From positions 14,247-78,246 of the forward strand of contig CAVYZN010000019.1 of NCBI GenBank assembly GCA_963773065.1: DNA of 64,000 nucleotides, given 5' to 3'. Shown here piece by piece: positions 1-10,766 of the stretch; positions within the stretch are counted from its first letter, which is position 1; each line of letters begins with the position of its first letter. Under the pieces are notes generated by a model, which worked only from the letters and a program-made list of their open reading frames with translations, was not told the DNA's origin and searched no databases. Both the position numbers and the translations under genes were made by a program. This DNA is from an uncultured Gammaproteobacteria bacterium. Its GTDB lineage: Bacteria; Pseudomonadota; Gammaproteobacteria; UBA9214.

Positions 1-1388
1 CTGCGCGCGCATCAATTGCGCCCACGATGACCGCGCGACCTGGCGGCGGATGATCGGCAATATCCGCCGCGCCGAGGCGGAGACCGGCCGCCCGTGCCGG
101 ATATTGATGGACCTCGCCGGGCAGAAGCTGCGCACCGGGCCGATCGCCGCCGGTCCCGCGGTGCGTCACCTGAAGGTGAGGCGCGACCGCTACGGCGCCG
201 TCGTCGAACCGGCAACCGTGCTGATCGGCGCCGATACCCAGCCGGATGAACTGCCCGCCGGGGCGGCCGGCGCGGCACAGTACCGCCTGACGATACCCGC
301 GGCCATCCACGAGGAACTGCTGCCGGACGACCGCCTCAGTTTCACCGACACGCGCGGCAAACGCCGCCACCTCGAGATCGCCGGACGCAGCGCTCGGCGG
401 CGACCTGATCGCGTACTGCCGGCAGAGCGCCTATCTGGCGGCCGACACCTGCTTCGAATGGTACCGGCGCGGAGCGAGCGGGCATTACCGCTTCGGTCCG
501 GGCGTGCCCCTGACCCCCTTCCGGGGCGAACCGGTGCGCATACGCCTGTTTCGCGGCGACCCGCTGCTGCTGGTGGCCGATGGCGCACCCGGCCGCGACG
601 CCCGGCGCGATGACGGCGGGACCATCATCGAGCCGGCCCGCATCAGTTGCTCCCACGGTGAGGTCATCCGCGCACTCCGGCCCGGGCACACGGTCTGGAT
701 CGACGACGGCAAGATCGGCACGGTCGTCGAGACCGTGCAGGATCATGGCGCCCTGCTGCGGGTGGCGGAGGCGGCGCCGCGGGGGGCCGTGGTCCGCGAG
801 GACAAGGGACTCAACTTTCCCGACACGGAACTGAACCTGCCGGCGCTCACGGACAAGGATCTCGATGACCTGGATTTCGTCTGCGAACACGCCGACATGG
901 TGGGCTACTCCTTCGTGCAGAGCCACGAGGACGTACTGCAACTGGTCCGGGAACTGGAGCGTCGCGCCGCCGCCCACCTGCCGGTGATCGCCAAGATCGA
1001 GACCGGCAGGGCGGTCAGAAATCTTCCCGGGATCATCCTCGGCACCATCGGCCGCCACGCGCTCGGCATCATGATCGCCCGCGGCGACCTGGCGGTGGAA
1101 CTGGGCAGCGTGCGGCTGGCCGAGATCCAGGAGGAAATCCTGTGGCTGTGCGAGGCGGCGCACGTACCGGTGATCTGGGCGACCCAGGTGCTGGAGACGC
1201 TGGCGAAGCACGGGGCGAAATCCCGCCCCGAGATCACGGATGCCGCCATGAGCGTGCGCGCCGAATGCGTCATGCTGAACAAGGGCGACTACATCCTCGA
1301 CGCCCTGCGGGTGCTGGGCAATATCCTGTCGCGCATGGAGGCCCATCAGCATAAAAAGACCACGCGCCTGCGCGCGCTGCACTGGTAG
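1..1388 (+). pseudogene. Pyruvate kinase-family protein (barrel part only), 5' end outside the window, frame broken near nt ~385
   Basis: Frame 2 from nt 2 reads ARINCAHDD...CRILMDLAGQKLRTG, which are PK N-terminal motifs. The ORF ending at 1388 is open from ~357 and continues with KGLNFPDT, LPALTDKDLDDL, IAKIETGRAV, IMIARGDLAVE and ATQVLETL. Joining the halves (..LEIAGR / DAALGGDLIAYC..) needs a 1-nt shift at ~383-390. Confidence 0.6.
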
Positions 1389-1655
1389 AGCGGCCGGCTA
1401 TCGCCGCCCCCGCCCGGCGCCATGTCCGGCCACGCCGCGGATACACGTGCCGAGGTGGCGCCCCCCTGGAACGAAGTGTCGCTGCCCGCCGTCCTTGATC
1501 TGAAGCAATACATCGTCCGATAGTCGGCTATATACTCCCGTGAGTCGCTTGCTACCGTCACCGGCAATCCACACCCGATGTATGGGAAGTCCCTCCTCTC
1601 CGATGGCGATAGCTAACACCCGACACCCGTAGCAAAAACATCGGAGGAACACTTC

Positions 1656-1850
1656 ATGCGCAACGTTGAACTGGCCCAGACCGACATCGCCGAATGGATC
1701 GCGTCGTTACTCCCGCCTGAGCTTTGGGATCGTTATTGCTATCTCACCTATGCCCAAATGGCGGAGGTTCCCGAACTGGCGGAATATGCTGACGATTTAC
1801 GTGAGGCCGAGAGGGATTGGTATCGCGCGCGTAAGATACGGCGTCATTGA
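1656..1850 (+). CDS. Hypothetical small protein (64 aa)
   Basis: The ORF has GGAGGAA about 7 nt upstream of its ATG and lies in a visibly AT-richer stretch (about 1.4-2.9 kb). I recognise no family. Confidence 0.35.
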   Translation: MRNVELAQTDIAEWIASLLPPELWDRYCYLTYAQMAEVPELAEYADDLREAERDWYRARKIRRH

Positions 1851-2755
1851 GGTAGCCTTACCGCATGACATTAAGCGACTAGCAGGAAGCACACGAAGTC
1901 ATCTTTGATGAACTGCACCTGCCTCGCCTGCATAATCCGCTCATGCTCCCCCCGCTCCCACTGAGCCAGTAGCCGCAAGGGGACTGCCACTTGCTCACGG
2001 TCATTCGCTTGATGGCATCCCTGCGGGAAGCATGGCATGACGGGTGTGGCGCGTCTGTCGGCCTTGGTTGATGTTGATATATCGAGAAAGCTAAATAGGC
2101 GGGTTCGACCCCTAGTTGCCCTACGAGCGACCGTCGGAATTCCTAGCAGCTTTCCCGCTCCTCAACCGCCGACCCGGTGTGTAGCAACCGACAGAAGAGC
2201 CAGGGAGCGCGCGTGAGCCTAACGCTCTCCGATGGGCAAGACCTGATGAAGGGCAAGCGAGTTGCGGCATTCACGGACAACGAAGAACGTGCTGTCAGAC
2301 TCGACACAGTGGTGCGGTATCTGCGGGCGACAATGGCCCCGCAACGCGGCGGGAATCGGCGGCATTGGCCCCCTGGCGGCCGAAGCAGCCAGGGTGTGCA
2401 ACCGTCAGATCATTAGAGGGTAGGACCCGGTAAGGGAGCGCCCCCCGGATGTAGCTGCCCATCGTCACCGAGAATCTGGCCGTCCCACGTCGCCGGGCGG
2501 TGCGTAGTCTCAAATGCGAGGATTTGCACAGGAGCCCTATAAATACCACCGCGCACGGCCTGATGGCGGTGTTGACCGGAAAGTAGAGGTAGAGAGGAAG
2601 GATTCTTCGGCGGTAGTGGAGGAATTCAGTAAGATTTCGTGCCGATAGCGTGGCGGACGGCTGTCTACTACCTGTGAACGACACGTGGACTTTGGGAAAA
2701 ATGGATGTTTATACTTTCTTGTATCTCATGCTGCTAACGTTCTCCCACCGGATGA

Positions 2756-4691
2756 GGGCCCAGCGATTCAGACTTTTCAGCGTGCGCCCGGCACACCCGC
2801 ACTGCCGGCCACCCCGTTCCGCTTCATCTGTTATTTCGTAGCAGATACCGCTGGTGGTATCTCGGCATGCTGGTGTTTGAGACCGCCAACGCCACATGCG
2901 GCATCATGATCCCCTACGCGCTCTCGCGCATCATCAAGAGCGTGACCACGGCGCAGGAAACCTCGATGGCGGTGGTTGCCCATCTGCGGGGGCCGTTGCT
3001 GCTGTTCGTCGCCTTGTGTGTGGGTGAACTGGTATTCGGCCGGCTGGCCGGCGCCATCCAGATCCGCCTCGGTCCGCGCCAGCGCCAGAGCGTGACGCGC
3101 ATCGTTTATCATTACTTACAGCATCACTCTTATCGTTATTTCAGTAGCAACTTCGCGGGTGCGCTCGCGCATCGCATATCGGAAACCTCAATGGGCGTGA
3201 CACAGACACTGTGGGCGCTGATCACCGAATTCTGGCCTATCGCCATCGCGATCACTGTTGCGGTGGCGCTGTTGTTCCAGGCGCATGCGCAGTTGGGCTA
3301 TTTGCGCTGGCCTGGGCGATATTCTTTATCGGCGTGTCTTTTCTGCTGGCCAGGCGTTGCCGGCCGTATGCTCAGGCGGCCGCGGCCACGCGCAGCGAGA
3401 CCACCGGCACGGTGGTCGATTCGGTGACCAATCTCACCAGCGCGCGGCTATTCGCGCGCCTGGGCTTCGAGCGCGAGAATCTGGAGCACAATCTGATGCG
3501 CGAGATGAAGGCCATCCTAATATCCCATAAGTACTCCGAGGGCATTCGCTGGTTCCAGTTTTCGGCGGCGGCAGTGCTCAAGGTTGGGCTGCTGTACTAC
3601 GCCTTGCGTCTGTGGGGACAGGGGCAGATCGGCGTCGGCGACTTCGTCATGGCGGTCAGCCTGTCGCTGCTCGTCATCAACGAGGCGCGCAATCTGAGCC
3701 GGCGCTTCCTGGAATTCTTCGAATACGTGGGCAACGTTTCCAACGGCGTGTACACCATCGTGCGCGCGCACGAACTGATCGATACGCCGCAGGCTAAGGC
3801 CATCCCCATCCGCCGGGGCGACATCGAGTTTCGTGAAGTCGATTTCGGCTACACGCCGGGGCGCAAGGTCTTCGACAAACTCAGCGTGCACATCCCGGCC
3901 GGCCAGCGCGTGGGCCTGGTGGGCTTGTCGGGCTCGGGCAAGTCGAGCTTCGTGAGCCTGATCCTGCGCCTCTACGATCCACAGGGCGGCCGGATCCTCA
4001 TCGATGGCGTCGATATCCGCAGCATGACGCAGGATTCACTGCACACGCAGTTGAGCCTGATCCCGCAGGACCCCGGGTTGTTTCACCGCACGCTGCGCGA
4101 GAATATCCGCTACGGCCGGCTAGAGGCGAGCGACGAGGAGGTGGCCGTGGCCGCGCGCAAGGCGCATGCGCACGAATTCATTGCGCAGATCAAGGAAGGC
4201 TAGATTCACTGGTCGGCGAGCGCGGCGTCAAGCTCTCCGGCGGGCAGCGCCAGCGCATCGCGATCGCTCGCGTCATCCTCAAGAATGCGCCCATCCTGAT
4301 CCTGGATAAAGCCACCTCGGCCTTGGATTCCATCACCGAGCACGCGATCCAGGACACGCTCAATACGGTGATGCGCGGCAAGACCGTCATCGTCGTTGCG
4401 CACCGGCTCTCGACCATTGCCCACATGGATCGCATACTGGTGTTCGATGACGGCCGCATCATCGAGGATGGGTCGCATACCGAACTGCTGGCGCAGGGCG
4501 GCGCCTATTACCGTCTGTGGAGCCGGCAGGCGGGCGGCTTCCTGCCCGAGGCCATCGGCGGCGAATCCGCCGGCAAGACGGGAGGCCTGGCCACCTTGTC
4601 GGCGCACGAGGGCGGGTTGCTGATCGTCGACAAGGACATCCATGAAGACGATGACGAACCCGACGCCCCGGCGCCGCCGCCGCTGGTGTAA
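2756..4691 (+). pseudogene. ABC exporter (fused TMD-NBD, MsbA-like), no start codon for the conserved N-terminus and two frameshifts
   Basis: The gene runs through three successive frames. Frame one (2756/2867 to ~3296) has ..FRSRYRWWYLGMLVF.. and TM helices. Frame two (~3296 to 4203) has Walker [10 protein letters not shown] and Q-loop LIPQDP. Frame three (4206 to 4691) has [13 protein letters not shown], Walker [13 protein letters not shown] and VAHRLST. TAG at 4201-4203 sits where ..[12 protein letters not shown] is expected, consistent with a 1-nt deletion. There is no in-frame ATG/GTG/TTG between the stop at 2753 and the ATG at 2867. Confidence 0.75.
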
Positions 4692-4869
4692 GGCGCATAT
4701 CGAGATGACTTCCAGGCGGGCGACAAGCGCATCAGCCTGTACGTGTTCGGCGATGATTTCTCCAGCCCGATCTTCGCCGCGCTGATGTGCAAGCGGGCCG
4801 AGAACAACAACGGCGGCTTCGTGGGGCTCAGCAGCAAGCATTCCGCAGTTTCAAATTCGATCAGCCTGT

Positions 4870-5091
4870 CGTGAGAACGACATCGTCGCCTCCCGCATCA
4901 TCGGCCAGTTCGAGGGCACCATCGAAAAGATCGTGGCCCTGGCCGCGCTCATGCCCATCGTGGCAAGCGTCGGTGGCAATACCGGCCAGCAAACCCTGGC
5001 CCTGATGATCCAGGGCATGGCCCTGAAACAGGTAAATTCCGGCAACTTCCGCTACCTGCTGAGCAAGGAAGTGGGTGTGGCTTTGATTTTT
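4870..5091 (+). pseudogene. MgtE-type Mg2+ transporter membrane-domain fragment, interrupted by the ISL3 element
   Basis: It reads ASRIIGQFEGTIEKIVALAALMPIVASVGGNTGQQTLALMIQGMALKQV..SKEVGVALIF, which contains the MgtE PIVASxGGNxGxQ signature. There is no N-domain or CBS part upstream. The same frame resumes after the IS as LIFLGLAASFLSV* (6725-6766). Confidence 0.6.
5084..5091. repeat. Left copy of the 8-bp target-site duplication TGATTTTT
   Basis: An identical 8-mer lies at 6726-6733. Both copies encode the same L-I-F codons of the interrupted mgtE-like frame. Confidence 0.7.
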
Positions 5092-5092
5092 C

Positions 5093-6725
5093 GGCTATTC
5101 CGCACAAAATGTGGGTAGCCGGTGTGGCTAGTTGAGGTTTTTAAGGAAGATATTTCTTCCTATTTTGACACAGCGTTTGACCTTGGCTTGTCCCTCTGTG
5201 GTGGGCATGAGATGGCCACATTTTCGGTATTGATCAAGTTCAACACGGTAGACATCGATGCGTCTGCCGGCGAGCCTGCCATTAAGATCGACTGGGTAGG
5301 TGGCGATCTTACGTTTGAGCGAAGTGCTTGAGCACTGCTCGCAGATGCCAGAGGTGGCGTGGGGGTTTTTGCGCTTGAGTAGGGTGAGCCAGTTCCGCAT
5401 ACTCCGATTTTCCCAGAACTGGATGATCCATGCACCTTGCATTGAAGACGCTGCTCAACCGCGTTGAGCCGATGAAGGGGTTTGTCTATGAGTCGAGCCG
5501 AATCAGCACGGCGGTTGGCACTCGAAGGGGGAGCTTGTCCGCCTGTGTGCCGAGCATCGAGATCGGTCTTCGCGCGCATCAGGGCAAGCATGGCAAGTGC
5601 TCGCAGTGCCTGTTGCCGGCGCCGGGGTACGACAGGCTGGCGGAGCGGTGCTTTCAATTTGTGCCACTGTGGGGAATGACGACTTGGTTCGTGTACGCGC
5701 CACGGCGGCTGGAGTGCGTTCGGTGGGGTATTCACGTGGAGCATCTACCGTGGGCCTTGGGCAAGCGCCCGGTCACGCAGAGTTTTGCCTGGTTCCTCGC
5801 CAGTTGGGCCAAACTGCTGAGCTGGCAGGTGGTATCCCGGCGCTTCCAGACCAGCTGGGAGAGCGTATTTCGCTCCGTCGAGATGGCGGTGATCTGGGGA
5901 CGCGAACGCTGGATCTCACCGGTATTTCGGCTATCGGCGTGGATGAAATCTACTGGAAGAAGGGCAAGTTCCTCACGCTGGTGTATCAGATCAACCAGGG
6001 TATGAAGCGGCTGTTGTTTGTCATCGAGGATCGACAAGAGAAGAGCCTGCGTAAGTTCTTCGTCTGGTTCGGCAAGGAACGTAGTGCGCTCATCGAGTTC
6101 GTCTGCTCGGACATGTGGAAGCCCTATCTTAATGTCATCGCCAAGCACGCACCCAACGCGCTGAACATCCTGGATCGCTATCACATTGCCGCCAAGATGA
6201 ACAAAGCCATCGATGAGGTTCGCGCGAAGGAAACACACGCTCTGAAACTCCTCGCTAAAGGAGCGAAGGTGATCCTCACGCACTCGCGCTGGTGTCTGTT
6301 GAAGCGCCCTGAGAACTTGAACGAGAACCAGGCGACCAAGCTCAAGGATCTGCTCTTGTACAACCTGAAATCCATACGGGCCTACCTGCTCAAGGAAGAG
6401 TTCCAGCTGTTTTGGGAGTATGTCTCCCCGGCGTGGGCGGAAAAGTTCCTGGACCAATGGTGCAAAAAGGTGATGCGATCGCGCCTTGAGCCGATGAAGA
6501 AGATCGCACGGCCAGGATCCGTACGCACAAGCAGCATCATCCTGAACTGGTTCGAGGCGCGCGATGAAGTCTCACTCGGCGCAGTCGAGGGCCTGAACAA
6601 CAAACTCAAGGCGAGTATCAGAACATCCTACGGATTTCGAACCGCGAAGGCGATAAAGATTATGCTTTATCATAAACTTGGGGCGCTACCCGAGCCACAG
6701 CTCACCGACAGATTCGGTTAGGATC
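5093..6725 (+). mobile_element. ISL3-family insertion sequence (~1.63 kb)
   Basis: It is bounded by the TGATTTTT duplication. The left terminus GGCTATTCCGCACAAAATG resembles ISL3 termini (GGCT...). It carries an ISL3-type transposase. I could only see a weak match between the right end and the left inverted repeat. Confidence 0.7.
5430..6721 (+). pseudogene. ISL3-family DDE transposase, frameshifted near nt ~5895
   Basis: The N-terminal frame has CSQC...RRLECVRWG (zf-ISL3-like) and LPWALGKRPVTQSFAWFLASWAKLLSWQ. The C-terminal frame has AIGVDEIYWKKG, VCSDMWKPYLNVI, LDRYHI and GAVEGLNNKLK...SYGFR. The two ORFs (5430..6005 and 5597..6721) overlap in different frames. Confidence 0.75.
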
Positions 6726-6733
6726 TGATTTTT
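6726..6733. repeat. Right copy of the 8-bp target-site duplication TGATTTTT
   Basis: See 5084-5091. Confidence 0.7.
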
Positions 6734-7051
6734 CTCGGTCTCGCCGCAAGCTTTCTCAGCGTCTGAGCGATGGGCTGATGCTGCGGCTGACCCGGTGTTC
6801 TTCGACCCGTTGTAGTCCTTAGAACAAAATGCCGGAATGGCTGAAACGCAGGGAAAACCGGACGTTCACATCGTTATAGAACTCGTACTATAGTAATCGT
6901 ACGTGCTATCGGTTGGGGTAAATGACAACGGGCGAAGATCCCTGCCATGTTGAACGGCATTCATAACAATGCCTGCTTTACTAACGACTGGCACGCATAT
7001 GTGGCCCGCCGGCTCGAGATTCCGTCCGCGCCGGACCCGAAGGAGAATGAT

Positions 7052-7990
7052 ATGACCGACTCCAGCGCGAGCCACCCTGCCTGGCCCGAACTGCCGTACA
7101 CGGCATGGGTGGAAAGCTGTACCACGCTGCATCTTTGGACCCAGGTCGTCGGCAAGGTCCGTCTAGCCAAGTCGACCTGGATTAACCACTCCTGGCACGT
7201 GACCCTCTATGTGACCGCGCGGGGACTGACCACCTCCCCGATCCCGGACGGCCAGCGTCAGTTCCAGATCGACTTCGATTTCATCGATCACCGGCTGCTG
7301 GTGTCTGTGAGCAATGGCGAGACCAGGAGCCTGCCGCTGGCCCCGATGTCGGTTGCGGATTTCTACCAGGGCTTGATGGGATTGCTTGCGGAATTGGATA
7401 TAGACGTAAGCATCCATGAATTGCCAAACGAGATTCCGGACCCGGTCCCGTTCAGCCAGGACCATGTTCACGCCGCCTACGACGCCGACTACGCCAATCG
7501 GTACTGGCGGGTACTGCTGCAGGTGGACCGCGTGCTCAAGGAATTCCGGGCGTGTTTCACAGGCAAGTGCAGCCCGGTCCACTTCTTCTGGGGCAGCAAT
7601 GACATGGCGGTCACGCGCTTCTCCGGAGGACTGCGCCGCAACATCCGGGGGGCATTCCCCATCTGCCGGATCGCGTGACCCGCGAGGCCTATTCACACGA
7701 GGTCAGCAGCGCGGGCTTCTGGCCTGGGGGCGGTCCCATCGACTATGCCGCTTTCTACTCCTACGCCTATCCGGTGCCCGAGGGCTTCGCCGATCAGCCG
7801 GTCGGTCCGGAGGCGGCATTCTTCCACGATGACTTGGGCGAATTCCTCTTGCCCTACGACTGCCGTGCGGACCGCCACCGATCCTGACGCGACGCTACTC
7901 CGGTTTCTGCAAAGCACCTACGAAGCGGCGGCGAGGACCGCTGACTGGGATCGAGCGGCTCTGGAGCGTGAGCCCGGGCCGCCGACTTAG
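7052..7990 (+). pseudogene. DUF5996-family protein with two frameshifts
   Basis: AGGAG lies 6 nt upstream of the ATG at 7052. The sequence WINHSWHVTLYVTARGLTT..SPVHFFWGSNDMAVTRFSG is followed, after a shift, by RTAPQHPGGIPHLPDRVTREAYSHEVSSAGFWPGGGPIDYAAFYSYAYP. The first break is a 1-nt loss at ~7628. The second is an extra T at 7861, which breaks ..LLPYD/AVRTATDPDATLLRFLQSTYEAA. Confidence 0.65.
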
Positions 7991-8291
7991 CCGCGCTGGT
8001 AATGACCGATTACAGTAGACCTGCCGTTCCCATGAATTATGCGAATGACGTGTTCTGGCCGTTATGTACAATGTCGACCAATGTGCAGTGCGGTCGCTCA
8101 TCTCCGACCCACCCGGTGCCGGGCCGGCCACGCTGCGGATACGCGTGCCGTGACAGACAACCCACGGAATGAACTGTTGCCGCCAGCCAATTCGGCCAGA
8201 CTCCAGTGTCGTCATACCGGCTGTGGTCGTCGGCAATCGACTCCAATATCTGCCATTCATGCGTCGTTGGACTTGGACCCCGATTCCACCG

Positions 8292-9341
8292 CTAATGGCT
8301 GTGCCGGTGGTGCGTATCCGGAAAGTGGGGATGCGTATGTGTTAATGCTCCGTGCCGATGTAGATGGCGATGCTTTGTTCCTGGTGCAATTGGAACGTTG
8401 TGATTGTGCTGGTGATGTTCGTCATGAACATGTTCATGCTCATGCACGATATCCTCATGAGTGTGTTCGTGCTCATGGCGCTCGCTGAGATGTAGCCATG
8501 CGCCCAATGCCATCAAGGCACCGGCGGCGAGCAATTGAACCGTGACGGGGTCACCCATAAGCACAGCCACCAGCGCACCGAAGAACGGTGCGACGGAGAA
8601 ATAGGCTCCGGTCCGGGCCGTCCCAAGATGACGTAAGCCGACTACGAATAACACCAGACTCACACCGTAGGCAAGCAGACCAACGATTAATGCCCCTGCC
8701 AGGTTGGGCAGGGTTGGCATGGATGCGCCCAGGTACAAGGCCAGAATCAGATTGACAGTGCCGGATACCAGGCCTTTCACGGCGGCGATCCATGTGGCAT
8801 CGGCAAGCGAAATCTTGCGGGTGAGGTTGTTGTCAACACCCCACGCGAAACAGGCGCCCAAAACCGCAAGCGAGGACCACAGACCGGTGATCCGCGCTTC
8901 TCCCGGCCAACTTAGAACGACTGCGCCGGCGACGATTGCCATCATCCCCAGCGCAATGCGTCGGTCGAAATTTTCCTTGAAAACGAACCATGCCAGCAAT
9001 GCGGTGAATGCGCCTTCGGCATTCAGAAGCAGAGAAGCGCCCGATGCAGGCATGCCCGTCAGACCGATCATAAGAAGCACAGGGCCAACGATACCGCCCA
9101 CCAGAATTGCTCCCGCAAACCAGGACAGCTCGTTCCGTTGAAGATGAACGGCAGGCGCCCTGACCAAGCGCCGATAGAGCGTCAATCCTAGACCAGCCCC
9201 CAGATAGAGTAAGCCCGCCATCATCCAGGGACTGATGGCGTCAAGCAGCCACTTCGCAAGTGGGGTTCCAGCGCCAAACAACACTGCCGCCCCGAGAGCC
9301 GCGGAAATGCCCGACTGACGAAACGTCTTTTTCGATTCCAT
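8292..9341 (-). CDS. EamA/DMT-family transporter with a His-rich C-terminal tail
   Basis: The ORF is 349 aa with ten predicted TM helices in a duplicated EamA arrangement. The last ~60 aa read HEHEHTHEDIVHEHEHVHDEHHQHNHN...HRHLHRHGALTHTHPHFPDTHHRHSH. Confidence 0.8.
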   Translation of the reverse strand: MESKKTFRQSGISAALGAAVLFGAGTPLAKWLLDAISPWMMAGLLYLGAGLGLTLYRRLVRAPAVHLQRNELSWFAGAILVGGIVGPVLLMIGLTGMPASGASLLLNAEGAFTALLAWFVFKENFDRRIALGMMAIVAGAVVLSWPGEARITGLWSSLAVLGACFAWGVDNNLTRKISLADATWIAAVKGLVSGTVNLILALYLGASMPTLPNLAGALIVGLLAYGVSLVLFVVGLRHLGTARTGAYFSVAPFFGALVAVLMGDPVTVQLLAAGALMALGAWLHLSERHEHEHTHEDIVHEHEHVHDEHHQHNHNVPIAPGTKHRHLHRHGALTHTHPHFPDTHHRHSH

Positions 9342-9619
9342 GTTCGGTTCTTAATCGTGCGAACTAGCGAGGGTAAGCCTGTAACCTTCAAGTGTCCAAT
9401 GACGATTTTGGCCGTAAGCCGACCCCGGCCCTTTGTTTGGCGCTTAACTATCACAACCCAGGTGGATTGATCCAGCAAGTTGCCGGTCATTCATCACACG
9501 GGTTAATCGAGGGTTTATTGACAAAGCAGTTGCGAAACCCGTACCGCCCGTCAATGCAGGGCTTGCGTATTTCTAATAATGTACCTTCGTCTGCCGGTTC
9601 TGATCCGCATTACGACACC

Positions 9620-9850
9620 TCAGGAAAGCCGCGCCAGGCGCTGTTCCACCCGCTCCAGCTCTTCGGCCGTCGATCTCGCGATGGCTTCCAGCACCTCGGC
9701 GTTCGCCAGTTGCGTAGCGCGTTCTTCCGAATCGGATTCGAGACCTTGCCGGATATCCTGCTTGATGGCTTCGAGCCGGGCGCGCAGCGCCCCACGCCGT
9801 GCCATCAGGCGCGCCTTTTCAGCCGCCAGTTCATCGTCTGCATCTGCCAT
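9620..9850 (-). CDS. Hypothetical coiled-coil protein (76 aa)
   Basis: The ORF is charged with a heptad-like pattern (ELAAEKARLMARRGALRARLEAIKQDI...). No family was recognised. Confidence 0.4.
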   Translation of the reverse strand: MADADDELAAEKARLMARRGALRARLEAIKQDIRQGLESDSEERATQLANAEVLEAIARSTAEELERVEQRLARLS

Positions 9851-10072
9851 GGCTCTCCCCTATCCTGTTGCGATCAACGGGGCTGTTGGAAAAATGCGCT
9901 CCGCCTGCTACCCGTTGCCGTAATTCTACGGCATTCCCTGCCGGAAACCGATCTTCCGCTTTTTTTGCCGGTACAAACTGGTATGGTACGCCTCTGAGAC
10001 ACAGGCAGTCGCAGGCGAAACCGATCACCCGTCAACGCCCGCCTGGACACGCCCTGCACGAGAGACCGCCCG

Positions 10073-10572
10073 ATGGGACGTTACCGGCCACCCGCACCGA
10101 AATCCTCGCCCTACATCACCCCGGAGGGCCATCAGGCCCTGCAACAGGAGCTGAAGGACCTGTGGCTGCGCCGCGCCGAGGTCACCCGCGCCCTGACTGC
10201 CGCCGCCGCCGAGGGCGATCGCTCGGAGAACGCCGAATACATCTATCGCAAGAAGGAACTGCGCGAGATCGACTGGCGCCTGCGCTACCTGCAGAAGCGC
10301 CTGCCGGAGCTGAAGGTAGTGTCCAGTCCACCGTCCAATCCGGAGCTGATCTTTTTCGGCGCCTGGGTCACCCTGGAAGACGACGACGGCGTGGAGCGGG
10401 TCTATCGCATCGTGGGCGCGGACGAGTTCGACACCGCCCGCGGCTGGATCAGCATGGACGCCCCGCTGGCGCGCGCCCTGATGAAGAAGACGCTCGATGA
10501 CGAGTCCAGGTCGAGACGCCCGGTGGAGTCCGGCATTACCTCATCGTCGGGGTACGCTACGAGGCACCCTGA
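10073..10572 (+). pseudogene. greB: Transcription elongation factor GreB, frameshifted ~70 nt before its natural stop
   Basis: It reads [17 protein letters not shown]...[26 protein letters not shown]...[40 protein letters not shown]. The expected C-terminus [22 protein letters not shown] lies in the +1 frame from ~10503, with TGA at 10570-10572. Confidence 0.75.
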
Positions 10573-10766
10573 TCGCCGGCGCGGGCGAAACCGCGGCCGT
10601 GCCGGAATGCCATTAAATACAGCTCGGATTTTTCACGCAAAGACGCAAAGAATCTTTAGCGCTAACGAGGCGTTGCGTGAAACATCTTTGTAGTGAGTGC
10701 CGCGGAATTCGGGTTCGCACAAACGCGTGCCTAACCAGCCTCAACGGAACACCATGCAATCACTTT

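Noticed and set aside
342-1382. A 346-aa minus-strand ORF covers the pyruvate-kinase-like gene.
   Set aside because: It is a shadow ORF typical of GC-rich DNA. Its translation is Arg/Ala/Gly/His-rich with no motifs, while the + strand carries clear PK motifs.
2098-2112. The T-loop-like GGCGGGTTCGACCCC was considered as a possible tRNA fragment.
   Set aside because: The flanks do not form a 5-bp T-stem, an acceptor stem or an anticodon arm. It is probably a chance match.
5128-5442. The 104-aa reverse-strand ORF inside the ISL3 left end was considered as an independent MqsA/YgiT-type zinc-finger antitoxin gene.
   Set aside because: There is no partner toxin or HTH domain. The Cys spacing fits a zf-ISL3 remnant better. 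It is reported under the ISL3 finding rather than as a gene.
8039-8488. A 149-aa + strand ORF ends in a His/Val/Arg-rich segment.
   Set aside because: Its 3' part is the antisense reading of the His-rich tail of the EamA gene. The remainder lies in non-coding DNA with no RBS or motifs.
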